Made by a program: the position numbers and the translations under genes
Source: Antedon mediterranea
Lineage: Eukaryota; Animalia; Echinodermata
Reading direction: 5' to 3'
Length of the DNA stretch: 64,000 nt
NCBI RefSeq assembly: GCF_964355755.1
Contig: NC_092670.1
Location: 29,562,388 to 29,626,387 of the forward strand
Shown: piece after piece, positions 52,179 to 64,000 of the stretch
Numbering within the stretch: the stretch's first letter is position 1
How the letters are laid out: each line of letters begins with the position of its first letter
Notes under the pieces: model-generated
What the model was told of the DNA's origin: nothing
What the model saw: only the letters and a program-made list of their open reading frames with translations
Database searches by the model: none

Positions 52179-52566
52179 TAGAGAAGAGATTTGCTTTTAA
52201 AAATAAACAAATTAATATAGCTCAATATCGGTTTCATTTATTTGGTTGTGCACCTGCAATTGTGTTTTAAATGCATGTTTTTAAGGCTACTACCAAGTTT
52301 TGCATCACAGAAGCAGCCTTGCAGACGGAAGATACAAGTAGAACAAGAATACGCTAAAAATACCACTCCTAAAAAAGAGTGGTTTCCTTTCACTCTTTTA
52401 TGAGTTGATTATTTTCACTCTTTTTGAAAGAGTGGGTCACTTTCACTCTTCTATGAGTGGATTATTTCCACTCTTGTTAAAAGAGTGATGAAAATGTTCA
52501 CTCTTTTTAGAGTTGGTTTCACTCATTTTAGAGTGATTTGGTGACCACTCTTTTTTTCACTCCAAA
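52179..52566 (+). repeat. Second, truncated copy of the EnSpm-like right end
   Basis: Colinear with 51177-51563 (TAGAGAAGAGATTTGCTTTT ... CACTCCAAA) but lacks the terminal ~85 bp. Confidence 0.9.
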
Positions 52567-52579
52567 GCAAAATAGCAAC

Positions 52580-53609
52580 AAGCTATTCTGCTTTACTGGA
52601 TGCGACTACACTGCAGCGGAAAGGAAAGCTACGTCCCTATGATGGTTGAATCAAGATGGTTGAATCAAGACGTTTTACTGAGGCATTTAATCAACTTGGA
52701 TTGTCCGAAAATGTTACAGATAGCACTTCAGATATTCTTGAAGAATTTGTATGTGATATGTACAGTAGACCAAAATTGAAGAAAGTAAACAAGGCAAGAT
52801 TAGAAATATTCGATACAATATATGCACCACAGGATGGAGAGAATCCGCTTGAGACGATCAAGACATCTGATGCCACCACCTTGCAAGTCAGTGCTTTGCC
52901 AAAAAATTGAGAGGACAAATTATGTCGCACTCATATGGAGGATGCCATAATGGCATATTTAATGGAGATTGAACCAAATAACAGTGGTGATGGAAGATAT
53001 TTGAAATTGAATGGTATAAAGGACGTAGGTGCCCTGAAATGGTATTGGATGAAGATGATTTGCAAATGATATTCTTTTTTTTGGCTTTCAATTAATTAAT
53101 GCAAAATTGATTGTTGTACGACAAGTAGTTCACAAGAGATTTTTAACCAAAAATGAGTGGAAATCGTTATTTTGCATATATACAAGATCACGTGCACAAT
53201 GTAACACAAATTTAAATTTTTTTTTTACATCCACTCCTCTATAACTGGAGCAGTTTTTAAAAGTTGGTCGAAAAATATTAAAGAATATATTATTTATCTA
53301 TTGATATTTAAAAAAAAGTAAAAATATCAAATTTTACCCAAAAAATGAAAAAAAAAATGGTTTATTTTACAAATATTTTGTAAAATAGTGACTGAAATGA
53401 CTTTTGAGCCTAATTTCAAAGAAATTAATGTACGTTAACACGTCCTGTGCCATAAAATAAAAATATTGGTAAAATGTGGGTCAAAAAGTAGGCCATTGAC
53501 CTCTGACCCAAGGCCCAGCACCCGAAACACTTAAGAATCGGGTTTTCAGATGTACCAAAATATGTCACACACAAAATCATATTAAGACCAATGGTAAAAT
53601 ATGTGCACT
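52580..53609 (+). mobile_element. Academ-type transposase C-terminal (XPG/H3TH-like) fragment and probable right end
   Basis: FTGCDYT..KGK, LEEFVCDMY..KVNKARLEIF, frameshifted PPCKSVL..RTNYVA; sequence ending ..GTGCACTA at 53609 (tentative terminus). Confidence 0.65.
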
Positions 53610-53920
53610 ATAATATGAGACTATGAGATAGACACACCAACAGGTGCCTACAGAAGAAACAGAGTTCATATTAGGACAACACCTGAATCACCCCCTGATA
53701 CAACTCAATTCTACCCACCATTGGAAATAGACAGTCACATGAAAACATCAGATAATAATCCAACAATACCAACTGAACAGCCATAACAAAACCAAAACCA
53801 ATGAAACGACCAACAAATTACACCAGACAGACCAATGGTGGAACCAACTAAACCACGCAGATCAATCAGAATAAAATGACAACCTATGGTAACTATCTAA
53901 AAAAGTATGTAACTCATAAG
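53610..53920 (+). pseudogene. Gypsy integrase C-terminal tail fragment
   Basis: TPTGAYRRNRVHIR followed by a P/T-rich linker and PRRSIR..YLKKYV. Confidence 0.55.
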
Positions 53921-54414
53921 TAAATTCATATCTTACAGTACCTGCTATAACTAAATAATCAAGGCAAAGCAGTCTTATAACTCAATAACTAGTACAAGAC
54001 CACAGATTGGAATTTATGTTATAAACTAAGTTTTTTTAAATTGTTGCAGGTTAAATCATTGATTAAAGAATAGAAGGATATGCATCGACGGTGACACAAA
54101 ACGATTTTCCAACGCGTTTGCCTATACTAAAGCACTGCTGCCAATCAAACAAACACGCTCATTGAACTCCGTGTCTCTAATCGTTTTTCAGGTAAATACA
54201 TTTTTTTCGATCCAATTTTTGGTCGAAGTGGTTAACTATTATGTTACATTAAAATGGCATATTCAACAAAAAATTCTTTAAGAATTATTTTTTCAGGGGG
54301 ACAATACATCTTTAAGTTTAGCCTATCAAAGGATTTATTTCAGCAATCGGAGACCCACCATCACAGAAAAGTAAAATTTAATATTACCCAATCATTGACG
54401 AACCTATAACACAA

Positions 54415-54955
54415 TATGGAACAGTTAAAGACCATGGAAATTAACAACACGAAGACTAAACTTACCTCAACATCAGGCAAACTAATTCAATATCAAGACC
54501 AGTGTAATCTAGCATTTACGCTAACCAAAACCTTCCAATTAAATTGGATGAATTGATGACATATTGCCTTACACCTGTACGGTACCATATAGCCTCAGTA
54601 CTCCGGATGGATATTTTAACAAAACAAACAAGGCAAAACTTCTGCATATTGTTACAGATGATTCCATAGTGGATTTAAAAAAGACACCTCTGCCACTTCC
54701 GTCACTTTGCATTGAAGATGGAAATGCTGTATTTCATTCTATATCAACATCATGTCTATCTAACACATTTGGAGGAATATGTATACAAGTATTGGATTCC
54801 CTTCGTGGAAAAGCGAATGTCTTTTTCTCCACAGATCAATACTTATCAAATTCGACTAAGTCACAAGAGAGACTTCGCCGAGGAACTACTGAGAAGCTGA
54901 TACTATCTGGAACAACGACACGGAAACCAACAAATATGAAAAGGTTCCTTATTAG
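54415..54955 (+). pseudogene. Academ-type transposase central fragment
   Basis: VPYSLSTPDGYFNKTNKAKLLH, IEDGNAVFH, TFGGIC, STDQYLSNSTKSQERLRRG. Confidence 0.65.
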
Positions 54956-54994
54956 TCCAGGAGCTTATGTCGAAAAAAAGGCACTTGTAGCTTT

Positions 54995-55250
54995 TTGATG
55001 ATAATTGTCGGCACCAATGTTTTTCTGACTCAGAATTTTCCACTGAACAAGAAAAACTTTGGTGCCATTTTTTTCGACCATGGCAAGTGGCCGCCATTTT
55101 GATTTTCAAGATGGCGGACTAACTTTAACAAAAAAATGATCGTGAGTGGAATCATTGGGAATGGAATTAAATACTGATCATTTATTTCCATTACACCCAT
55201 ACCCCAAAATGCATAGCAACAGAGATAATCGCAATTACATATGTCATATG
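54995..55250. repeat. Dispersed repeat related to 62520-62750
   Basis: GGTGCCATTTTTTTCGACCA..GCCGCCATTTTG..TCATTGG..AATACTGAT..TTCCATTACACCCATA present in both copies. Confidence 0.65.
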
Positions 55251-55330
55251 TCGAAAACGTCTAGAAGTCTCTTAGTAAAAAGAATAGAAACAACGGAGAA
55301 GAATATTACACCGAAAAAACTAACAAGTTA

Positions 55331-56726
55331 ATGGCAAGAAAAAGAGATAAAATAGAAAATTCAGATTGCCTCCTTTGTTCACGTAAGGGGTTGAATTGCA
55401 GAGATATCCAGGAAGAAGAACGGATGGAAATCAGGAATGCGTACTATGGTATGGGTGACTTGCAACAGCAAAGGGAGTGGTTGAGTAGGCATTTGGTCGT
55501 TAACTACAATTCCAAATCCAAGAGGCCCAATCGCTACACCTACTTCTTACCAAAGCCTGATGGAGACAACTGGAAGGTTTGTCGTAAGATGTTTTTGGCC
55601 ACTGTGGGAGTTTCTTTTACTCAGGAGGTGAGGAATGTCCAACGCAAGATGGATAGATTTTGTGTGATGGAGCGTGAGAGGAGAGGAGGAAGGAAACGTA
55701 GTAACAGTGATTATGTGTTGAGAGAAGAGGTAATCAAGCACATTGCAAGATTTCCACGAATGGAATCGCACTATGGCCGATCAAACAGCAAATGCCAATA
55801 TCTTTCGTCTGACTTGAATTGTGCCATCATGCACAGAATGTACAAGAGAGAACATCCTCACGGTGCAAGTTTAAGCCTATATAAGAAGACCTTCCGTTCG
55901 CTGAATCTCAAGTTTCATCACCCTAAAAGGAAACTTGTGGCTTATGCGAAAAATTTAATCGATCAAACGATGAACAAAAAGCAATTCTAAGGGAGCGGTA
56001 CAAGATGCACTTGAGTGAAAAGAAAAAGGTACCTGAAATCAAGGCAGCGGCAAAGGAGCATACAATGGCAAACAAACAACATCTTCGATCTTCAGCAAGT
56101 CTTACTTACCAAAATCACCAAGATCTGAATTATTTTACAAACGCCGTTTAGCCTGTTACAATTTTACAGTTTATGAGTTGGGGAGTATAGGGATGGGTTG
56201 TGGGTTTTTTTCTCACGAAGGGTTAACACGCCGTGGTTCTTAAGTGAAATCGCATCTTACATCAATGTTTATCTGAAGAAAGCTGATGCCGATAGTGGAC
56301 CTCTTCTCAGATGGATGTGTAGGCCAGAATAAAAATTCAATCATACCATCCATGATGTTAAAGTTTGTTGAAACATCAACCTCCGTAGAAGAAATTAAAC
56401 TGCACTTCTTCGAAACGAACCACGGCCATTCAGAAGGCGATTCCATGCACAGTACAATTGAAAGGGCTATGAAGCAAGTCGCGGAGTTTAACTCTACCCT
56501 TCAGTTGGTAACTGTTATTAAGATGGCAAGACAAACCCCAAAATCTTACGAAGTATTCCACGTCAAATCTGAAGACATTAAAGACTGGAAACTCTACAGT
56601 CAGAAAAGGGGAGTATTCAGAGTCAGAACATCAGAAAGTGGCATAAAAATTGACTGGACCCAAGTCATGCAAATAAAAGTCATCAAAGCCAAACCCAATG
56701 ACATTCTCTTCAAATATTCTTTTTGA
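55331..56726 (+). pseudogene. Sola1-like DDE transposase, decayed and 3'-truncated
   Basis: KVCRKMFLATVGVS, HIARFPRMESHYGR, YLSSDLN, frameshifted FDLQQV..LFYKRRLACYNFTVYE, FSDGCVGQNKN, HGHSEGDSMHSTIE. Confidence 0.75.
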
Positions 56727-57247
56727 ATTCCTTTTATCAAAAGTTGCGGATTGAAGATATCTTGCTACATTGGTAAAATGATTATTAAAATGTGTAGCAA
56801 CCTCTTGTGGATTGTGAATTTTTGATTTTTGACGTCTTTTCACTATATCCTAATTTCTTAAGATGTTGCCATAATTTCTTTGGATTGTTTTTATTTTCAA
56901 TTATTTTATTTCGAAAATACGTTGATTTAGCTTTTTTAACATTGCGCTTGACCTTGTTTCTTAATTTACAATACATATCATGATCTTCTTTGATTTTACT
57001 CTTTTTAAATTTATTAAAATATTGATCACGAGTTCGTATATCATTTAGAATATCTGTGTTAAACCATGGATCTGATCTTTGTTTCACCCTCATCTTTCTT
57101 AGGGGTGCCACACAATTTATAACGGAGCTTCCTTAAATGACGACCATGCGTCGTTAACATTAACTTTGGATGTAACTTTGTCCAATCTATTTCGGACAGT
57201 TTTGACAGGAATTCCTCTTTGTTCTACTGTTTAAATGATCTTGAGTA

Positions 57248-57285
<38 letters not shown>

Positions 57286-58534
57286 CACATTTATAAATGG
57301 TTTTATGCGATGAGTATTTTGCCTTACAAGATTTGCGTGTGCAAAATATCAGCGTATGATCACTAGGCATGTGTTTATAACACCGGAATTAGAAATTTTG
57401 TCTTGAGAATTACATAGGATATGGTCTAAACATGAGGATGAATTCCTGTCAAAACGAGTGTCATCACTTATCAAGTTAAAGAATCCTAGTAATTCGAGAA
57501 CGTTTTATAATTCGTAGATTGAGTACAATCTCTGTTAGTATTTATGTTAAAATCACCATTTATGATGGTTTCAAGGTTGTTAATTTTATTTACAGTGTCT
57601 TCGAAAAAGTTTAGAAAATTTTTGACATTCTGTTCAGGAGGACGGTAATATGTTCCAACAACGATTGGTTTTGTATCCGGGAGGTTGAGTTCAATCCATA
57701 CTGATTCAACATTTTTGTCCATTAAATCTTCTCTCTTGGTAAACGCTCTGTCCGTACGCACATACATACATACTCCACCTCCTCTACGAGAAGATCTATC
57801 ATTGCGAACTAAGGTATATCCATCTATGTTTACTTCATTATCAGGAACAGTCTCATATAGCCAAGACTCGGTGATGGATATAACTGCTGCTTTTGATTTT
57901 AATGCGATTTCACTTATTTCAGATATTTTGGGAATCAGCGATCGTACATTAAGTTGAAGAAAATGCATTCCTTGTTTGTTAATTGTTTTTGCGATGTCGT
58001 CCATGTCATCATCTAGGGGATCTGATTTTCATGAAAGTCTGCATCATACTATGGGAGCGAGTTCCAGGAGCATATATCGCAAATATAAGAGGATGACTTA
58101 CCGGCGCACTTTGTGTGTATTCTTTTAATGTCACATGCATTGCATCTGATGATTTTACTTCGCTTGTTAAATCCTCTACTGCATACGTCACAATATAACT
58201 TTTGTTGAGGTCCAGGATTTAAGGAGACATCCCCAGCAATAATGATCAAGTAACTTAACGTTAAGTGGTGATGTTTTCTTAATATACGTTTTACAGGATA
58301 TCTCGAAGAGCTTGCACCGTACATTTGCCAGAGTGGTGATCTCAAATCCAAGTTATCCTGCTTAATGTGGGCAGGTGCTGACCAGTTGCTTGCGATGTCA
58401 GGTCCGACTTCAGTGAAGTCTAAAGTCGGTTCACTTAGGGTGCATATTCTTACTATGATACATAGTAAATGGATGAATAATGTTCTAAATAGTACTTTAT
58501 ACTGCATGATGATGAGCAAAAGTAGAAAATACAT
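56727..58534 (-). mobile_element. CR1/L2-clade ORF2 5' half: hydrophobic leader, 2A-like motif, PHD finger, APE endonuclease; RT missing
   Basis: IIAGDVSLNPGP, CDVC..IRCNAC..IHTKC..ICDIC, LNVRSL, ITESWL, RGGGVCMYV, YYRPP, GDFNIN, SDH, PWFNTDI..YCKLRNKV. Confidence 0.9.
57248..57283. repeat. (AAT)12 microsatellite
   Basis: Direct reading. Confidence 0.9.
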
Positions 58535-59021
58535 TTTTTATGTTAAAAATGTAAGCATTCAAAGACAAGCGTTTCATCGGTTGTCACGATACAAAATACA
58601 AAATTACAGTACGACCAACAGTAACTGTAAATATTATTGTTGTGATAATCCGCACTAGTTTGTTTTTAAAAAAATATCCAAACAGCCAATGATTTAGATG
58701 AGGAGAGTGATCCTAGCCTAGTCAAAAGACTAAACGTAACGTACCGTATGGTGGTAAGCACAATGCTTGGCGTCCCTGGTTACCGGCGTAGCAACAGACA
58801 TATTAAAAGGCGCGAAAGGCCTAGCTGATCAAAGTGAAGAAAATGATATAATCCTAACTCACAACTTGTAAATTAAAACAGTTTTCTTCAATCAATATTT
58901 GTTGCTGTATCGATATGTCAGTTATTTACTGTTGGTATATCCAAAAATCAAGAAAATGTATTTTTAAAGACAATCAGTGTAGAGAAAAAAAACAAAACTC
59001 TTAGCTATTCATTAACTATAT

Positions 59022-59084
59022 TATACTGTTATAAAAAACAGGGGGATGATATTACTACATCCCCCTGTTTTTTATAACAGTATA
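59022..59084. repeat. Perfect inverted repeat, 27-bp arms, 9-nt spacer
   Basis: TATACTGTTATAAAAAACAGGGGGATG-atattacta-CATCCCCCTGTTTTTTATAACAGTATA. Confidence 0.95.
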
Positions 59085-60043
59085 TGTGTATGCTGACCCC
59101 AACTATATAACCATAGCAACGCTACTGCGCACTAACGGCAGTTCTAATACAACGCCATGTTGAATAATAATACCGATTAATAGTTATACATTAAAAATTA
59201 AAATAATCATTAAAACGTGTCTGGCAATTATTAAAGTGGGGAACGTGTACTGTTCGCGAATCGTTGATCGTTGCAGTATAATAAAGAAATCACGCATTGG
59301 TGATAAAACGTTGGTCTGGATGATGTAAATTTGTTTTTGTTTATGATCCAACATCATTTATTGACAATTTTCAAAAAATGACAATAAATAATCACAAACA
59401 CTATTTCCATGTGACTTATAAATATATATTTAGATGAGTTGTTACTTGTAATTCTGCCATTTGTTATGCGTAGACCTGTAACTTTACAAAAATAGAGAAA
59501 GGAATAGAGCATTTTTTTTCAGTATATAAAAGGATGACGATGACAAAAGTGTATTTCGACCGTGCCAACCCGATGTTGCCGTCATGAAGGCCCTAAAAAG
59601 ATTACCGCAGCGCGACTTGCTTATCGCATCGCATAAATCATGTTTTCATTGAAATTAATGCATGAAACGTACGCGAAACCTAAATATACATTAAGAGAGG
59701 CGAATTCCTCCATGGAAATTAAATTAATTAAAAGACACGATAAAAATGCGGGAAATTGTAAGCCTCTGTCTGTTGTGCAAGGAGCTAGTAGTTGTCTCAA
59801 GCAGCATGCTCTCAGGCAGCGAGCCATTGAAATGTACGATTCTTACAACACGTAAATTGCTAGCCTAGAGCAGTGCGAGTCGCAACCGGTCGGAGAGTGC
59901 GAGGAGGAATTACCTACTGAGGCAAACTGCATGCGTGAGTGATTTGAACATCTCACGTGACATTAACATCCAATCAGAAAACAGAATTCTGGCTAGCTGG
60001 CAGTTTCGTTGAGCGTAAAAAAATATCGCTACCCGGCTAGAGA

Positions 60044-60460
60044 CGGTTCCAGGACGATTCGGCCCTGAGACGATTCGGCCCGGGACGATTTTGGTGGGAC
60101 GATTCGGCCAACTTTTGGGCCGAAACATCCCACTTTTATATAATATATAAAATAAATTACTAAAAAAAACGTAATTTTATATTTAATTTATTACTTCGAA
60201 AACTTTGTTTATTTCGTGCATTCGCCAAGCGGCCAACAGAGGGCGTAACTTGTGTACATCGTTCGCGTGAATGATCATTTTTGACAATGTTTTCAAAATG
60301 TTTGCTTTATTGCATCTTTATCCCTAGTAGTACTACCCCATAGTCTCTCTAAAAATAAAGTTTGGGGAAAAAAAGCTTCTTTTATGGTTATAAAATACAT
60401 ATCAAAGACGATAAATTTAAGTGTGTTGAAGATCGTCTCAGGGCCTAATCGTCCCGGCCC
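60044..60460. mobile_element. MITE with GACGATTCGGCC subterminal repeats
   Basis: Left GGACGATTCGGCCCTGAGAC (motif repeated ~4x) is inverted at right as GTCTCAGGGCCTAATCGTCC. Confidence 0.7.
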
Positions 60461-60463
60461 TCA

Positions 60464-60632
60464 TAGACTCTCTTTTCCCAGACGCTTTTTTGGGTCCAGC
60501 AGCTGGGATCTATAAATTATAGTCGAGTTTACAAAGTCGCAAAACTGTCGGCCTTCTATAACTGCTGCTTGCTATAGCTTATGAATGAGTAGTCCTCATG
60601 GGACGTAGCTGGCTAGAGAAGCAGCGAGATTA
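60464..60632. repeat. Dispersed ~170-bp repeat, copy 2
   Basis: Homologous to 31681-31850. Confidence 0.65.
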
Positions 60633-61002
60633 AGTAACTGTATCTATTAAGAAATAGATTAGCGCCACCTATAATTAACTGAATTTGCTATGATTATGAA
60701 TAATATATTTTCCCATTTACAGTATTTAAACTTGACTTTAATGTTTTAATACATATAAAATAATATATAGGCCTATAGAATCTTTTACTAAAAGAAGAGT
60801 AAATTGATTTTCTATTTTAACAGTTGGAAGTCCTATATAAAGCTACTGAATCTACAGTAGCATAGTGAGCTGGACAACATAGTATTTGTAGGCCGGGTTT
60901 TTCAATGTTATATATGAATGCATACATGAAAATAAGCATAATATGCAAATTAGCTGTACATTCTATGTTTTCATGATATCTCATAAACTAATATTATTTA
61001 TA

Positions 61003-62428
61003 GTCCATTTTTATGAATCAACTGGCCTCCCTCTATTAAGGTTCTACCTAATTGCTACTTCAAGTGGCTCGATTGGAATAGATAAACCACCAACAGCCAG
61101 CAGTGCATGGTTGGAAAGTAAAATGGGAGAAGATTTACTTCCGATAGATATGTTCGATATTACTTCACCTGACAGTGATGCTAATACCTTTGTGGATCTA
61201 GGCACACCGACTGTGCAAACATAAGTAGTAACCAATAATCTTTCCATAGCTGATGATTTGTTGAATTATGACGATACAAATGAAGGTCAGTCTATCAATC
61301 AATGATTTGTCAAAATATGAGGATGAGAGTGGAAATCCTGTCATTCCCATCTATACCAAAGTAAGGCTTCACAGAGGCCATGTTCTGAAAGAACTTACAT
61401 ATTTCTTTATCAATACTGACCTTAATTGTCCTATTGAGGTTGAAATGATGATGCCTAATGGCCAACTTGAACTTGGAGAAGACGTTGGTAGTGTATTAAG
61501 AGATTTTAGGAGGATTTCTACAATTTGTATACTGTGGGAGAACATCTGAAGGTACCCTGCTGTCTACGGGATATGAGCAAAGGAAAGTGGCAAGCCACAG
61601 CAAAAGTTCTGGTTATCGGATATAAGCAGGAAAGTTTGTTTACGTTCAAATTAGCAGTACCATTTTTACAATATGTGATGGATGCCACCATCATCAATCA
61701 AAACCATCAATGATACCCACTTTTTTAGAATTAGCTACAGACAGTGAAAAAATGGTTTTAGAAATGGCACTAAACAACTTCTCAGATGTGGATAAAGAGC
61801 TCCTCAGATGTGGGTGAAGAGTACCTGTTTGATATCCTCGACAATTACAAGGTCCTTGTAATTGTCGAGGAGGTAAAAAAAAATTGATAAAAGTGACAAT
61901 TCTACAGGATGCTGCCCACCGTACATTCATACCTTCAATAATTTGCAATAATCTGCAATACGCCTAGTTTTCTTCAACACAATACATTAAGTTTTAGTTT
62001 AAGTTACGTGTGCTCTTTTATATTTTATATTTTGTTGTAACAAATTTTTGTGTGAATGATGTACAGTATATTAAACTCTATATATTTTAAAAATTGCTAT
62101 GTATGTAGTGTATCAAACAACACATTTCCAATTGTATGTATTGTGTATATAATTGGACAATAAAAGTTTTTAAAAAATTTTGATACATCATATGTAGATA
62201 ATGACACAGCGTGTTTGTAGAACACTTGAAACCAGCTCCACATATTATGATGAACATTGAAGATGTCTGTCAAACAGCTATACATACCAACAACCAAGCG
62301 CGTCATAGCAGCTAAGTAAATCTGCAACAAGATGCATCAGAAGAACAATAACATAGAAATATGACTAAACTTATTCTCAAATTTATAAAGAGTCTGTCTG
62401 TTAATGACATTTATGAGATACACTACAG
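61003..62428 (+). pseudogene. Decayed HECT-domain E3 ubiquitin ligase (G2E3-like invertebrate family)
   Basis: FYESTGLPLLRFYL; VRLHRGHVLKEL..MPNGQLELGEDVGSVLRD; TVGEHLKVP..W.ATAKVLVIGY..F.FKLAVPFL; C-lobe LKFIKSLS..FMRYTTG|gtaag. Stops and frameshifts; catalytic Cys exon not seen. Confidence 0.7.
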
Positions 62429-64000
62429 GTAAGTTCATTTGAAAATAAGGTGTTTTTAACTGATAGTACGGGTTATTATGTCTTCCAGCTCGATATTTGT
62501 GCCAAAATAGATTTTTTTAGCTAACTTTGTTTATTCTTGAGATGCTGAATCCAAAAAAGTTAGGTGCCATTTTTTTCGACCACTCCTTCAGCCGCCATTT
62601 TGTATTTCAAAATGGCCGACGTTCCACACTAAACTTGGTCATCCATGGTATCATTGGAAAGGGAATGTAATACTGATTATTTTATTCCATTACACCCATA
62701 TCAATAAACGCATAGTTACATAGTTATTGCGAAATAAAACAAATCATGTGACCTGCAATAAAGGTCAAAAGGTCAACAATTTCACCAAAATACTGTACTG
62801 TTTGGTATCGTTGGATAGATTTTTTTTATTCTGAATACAGTTTTACTAATATCTATTCTATTTTACTTTGTTTATTGTCATAATTTTCCAATTATGTAAA
62901 TAAATTGTTTTTAAATGTTCCTTGTTGTTTTTTAATGCCAATTACTTTCTTATTTACATACAATCTGTCCTATTGGTATATAAGTACTTTAGGCGTTGTT
63001 TTCTGTTCTTCTTCTGATGAGAATAGTTTCTCGAAACATGTCACATTTTAAGGCAGTTTGCCTATTCATTAAATTGCTATACTCATTTTAACAATGACAA
63101 AGTATTAAGATAAATACGGTTTTTCTTTAATTGGTTTTACAATTCATTCAAATGTTTGTTTGATTTTCATTCTACTTTGTTATTGTCCATTTATATGTTT
63201 TATAGTATATTATATATTATCTTAATACTAAATAAGTACCGTACGGTACTGGATTACACTTAACTTCAATGTCAAGTTTCCAAGTTATTTACTTTAAAAT
63301 CAAAATAACTATAGTCCGTGAACAAAGGTGAAATAAACTGTTGTCAAGTCACATCTTTGTTTTGTTTCGTTGGATAGAAATTCTGAATCTATTTTATTTT
63401 TAGTAGTTTACATTTCTGTTTTTCGTAAAAAGAAAAAAATGCTACGGGTCATGGTATCATTTGCGTAGCGTTCAAAATCATTTGTATTTTTGTCAAAGCG
63501 GGTACCACACAATATAAAGCCATCTGTGCACAATGCCAATGTTAATTGGCATGCCTTTCCCTTTGAACCTCAGATGAAGTGCAGCAGCAAACATTTTTTT
63601 CATTTGATATTATTATACAGTGAAAAAATCTTAAGAATTTAAAATAAAAAAAATTAAGATCAATTAGTTTTCCTCAAATAAAGTTTACACGAAAAAAAGA
63701 AAAGTCAGTGTCCTACTGCTGCCTTTACAAACTACCAATCGATATTGTAAAGAAACGAATTCGGTGTTTTTAACGTCTAAAGGTTCCCTTTGATTTTTAC
63801 GTATGGTTTGTGATTATCGCAATATAAATCCTAACTATACGTTGTTATTATTAAAAGTCATATAGAATAATTAATCAAACTATACTTGTTTCTGGTAACT
63901 TAACTTTAAGAACTTATCGGAAATAAGGGAAACAAAATCCGCTTTCCAGCAATAATATTCAAATTAGTTTGAGAAAAACGAAATCTTTTAACTGCAGACA

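Noticed and set aside
33767-62428. Single gene joining the SAM-UBL exons to the HECT exons
   Set aside because: They are separated by the EnSpm right terminus and ~24 kb of unrelated elements, and the HECT remnant has its own upstream motif; more likely two independent relics.

Overview
AT-rich eukaryotic (invertebrate animal) genomic DNA with spliceosomal introns and very dense, nested transposon content; the frequent TAGGCCTA motif hints at an echinoderm (inference only). Only one apparently intact host-type ORF is visible (29414-30547, 377 aa, PRR18-like C-terminal motif). The dominant structure is an ~18.5-kb CACTA/EnSpm-like DNA transposon (33183-51649). It has 12-bp terminal inverted repeats and CACTC/GAGTG subterminal arrays, and contains a decayed C2H2-finger transposase, a multi-exon SAMD3-like accessory gene and an extra spliced SAM + ubiquitin-like-domain gene. 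It has itself been hit by a MULE MITE (9-bp TSD), a full-length Gypsy element with ~115-bp LTRs and a CR1/L2 LINE. A decayed G2E3-like HECT E3 ligase gene lies near the right end of the window. Also present are a four-level nest (LINE < Helentron-type HINE < Kolobok-like < Harbinger MITE), two inverted copies of a non-autonomous Helitron, RTE, Tx1/L1 and CR1 fragments (one with a 2A-like peptide), and Academ and Sola1 transposase remnants. All family assignments come from recalled motifs, not database searches.
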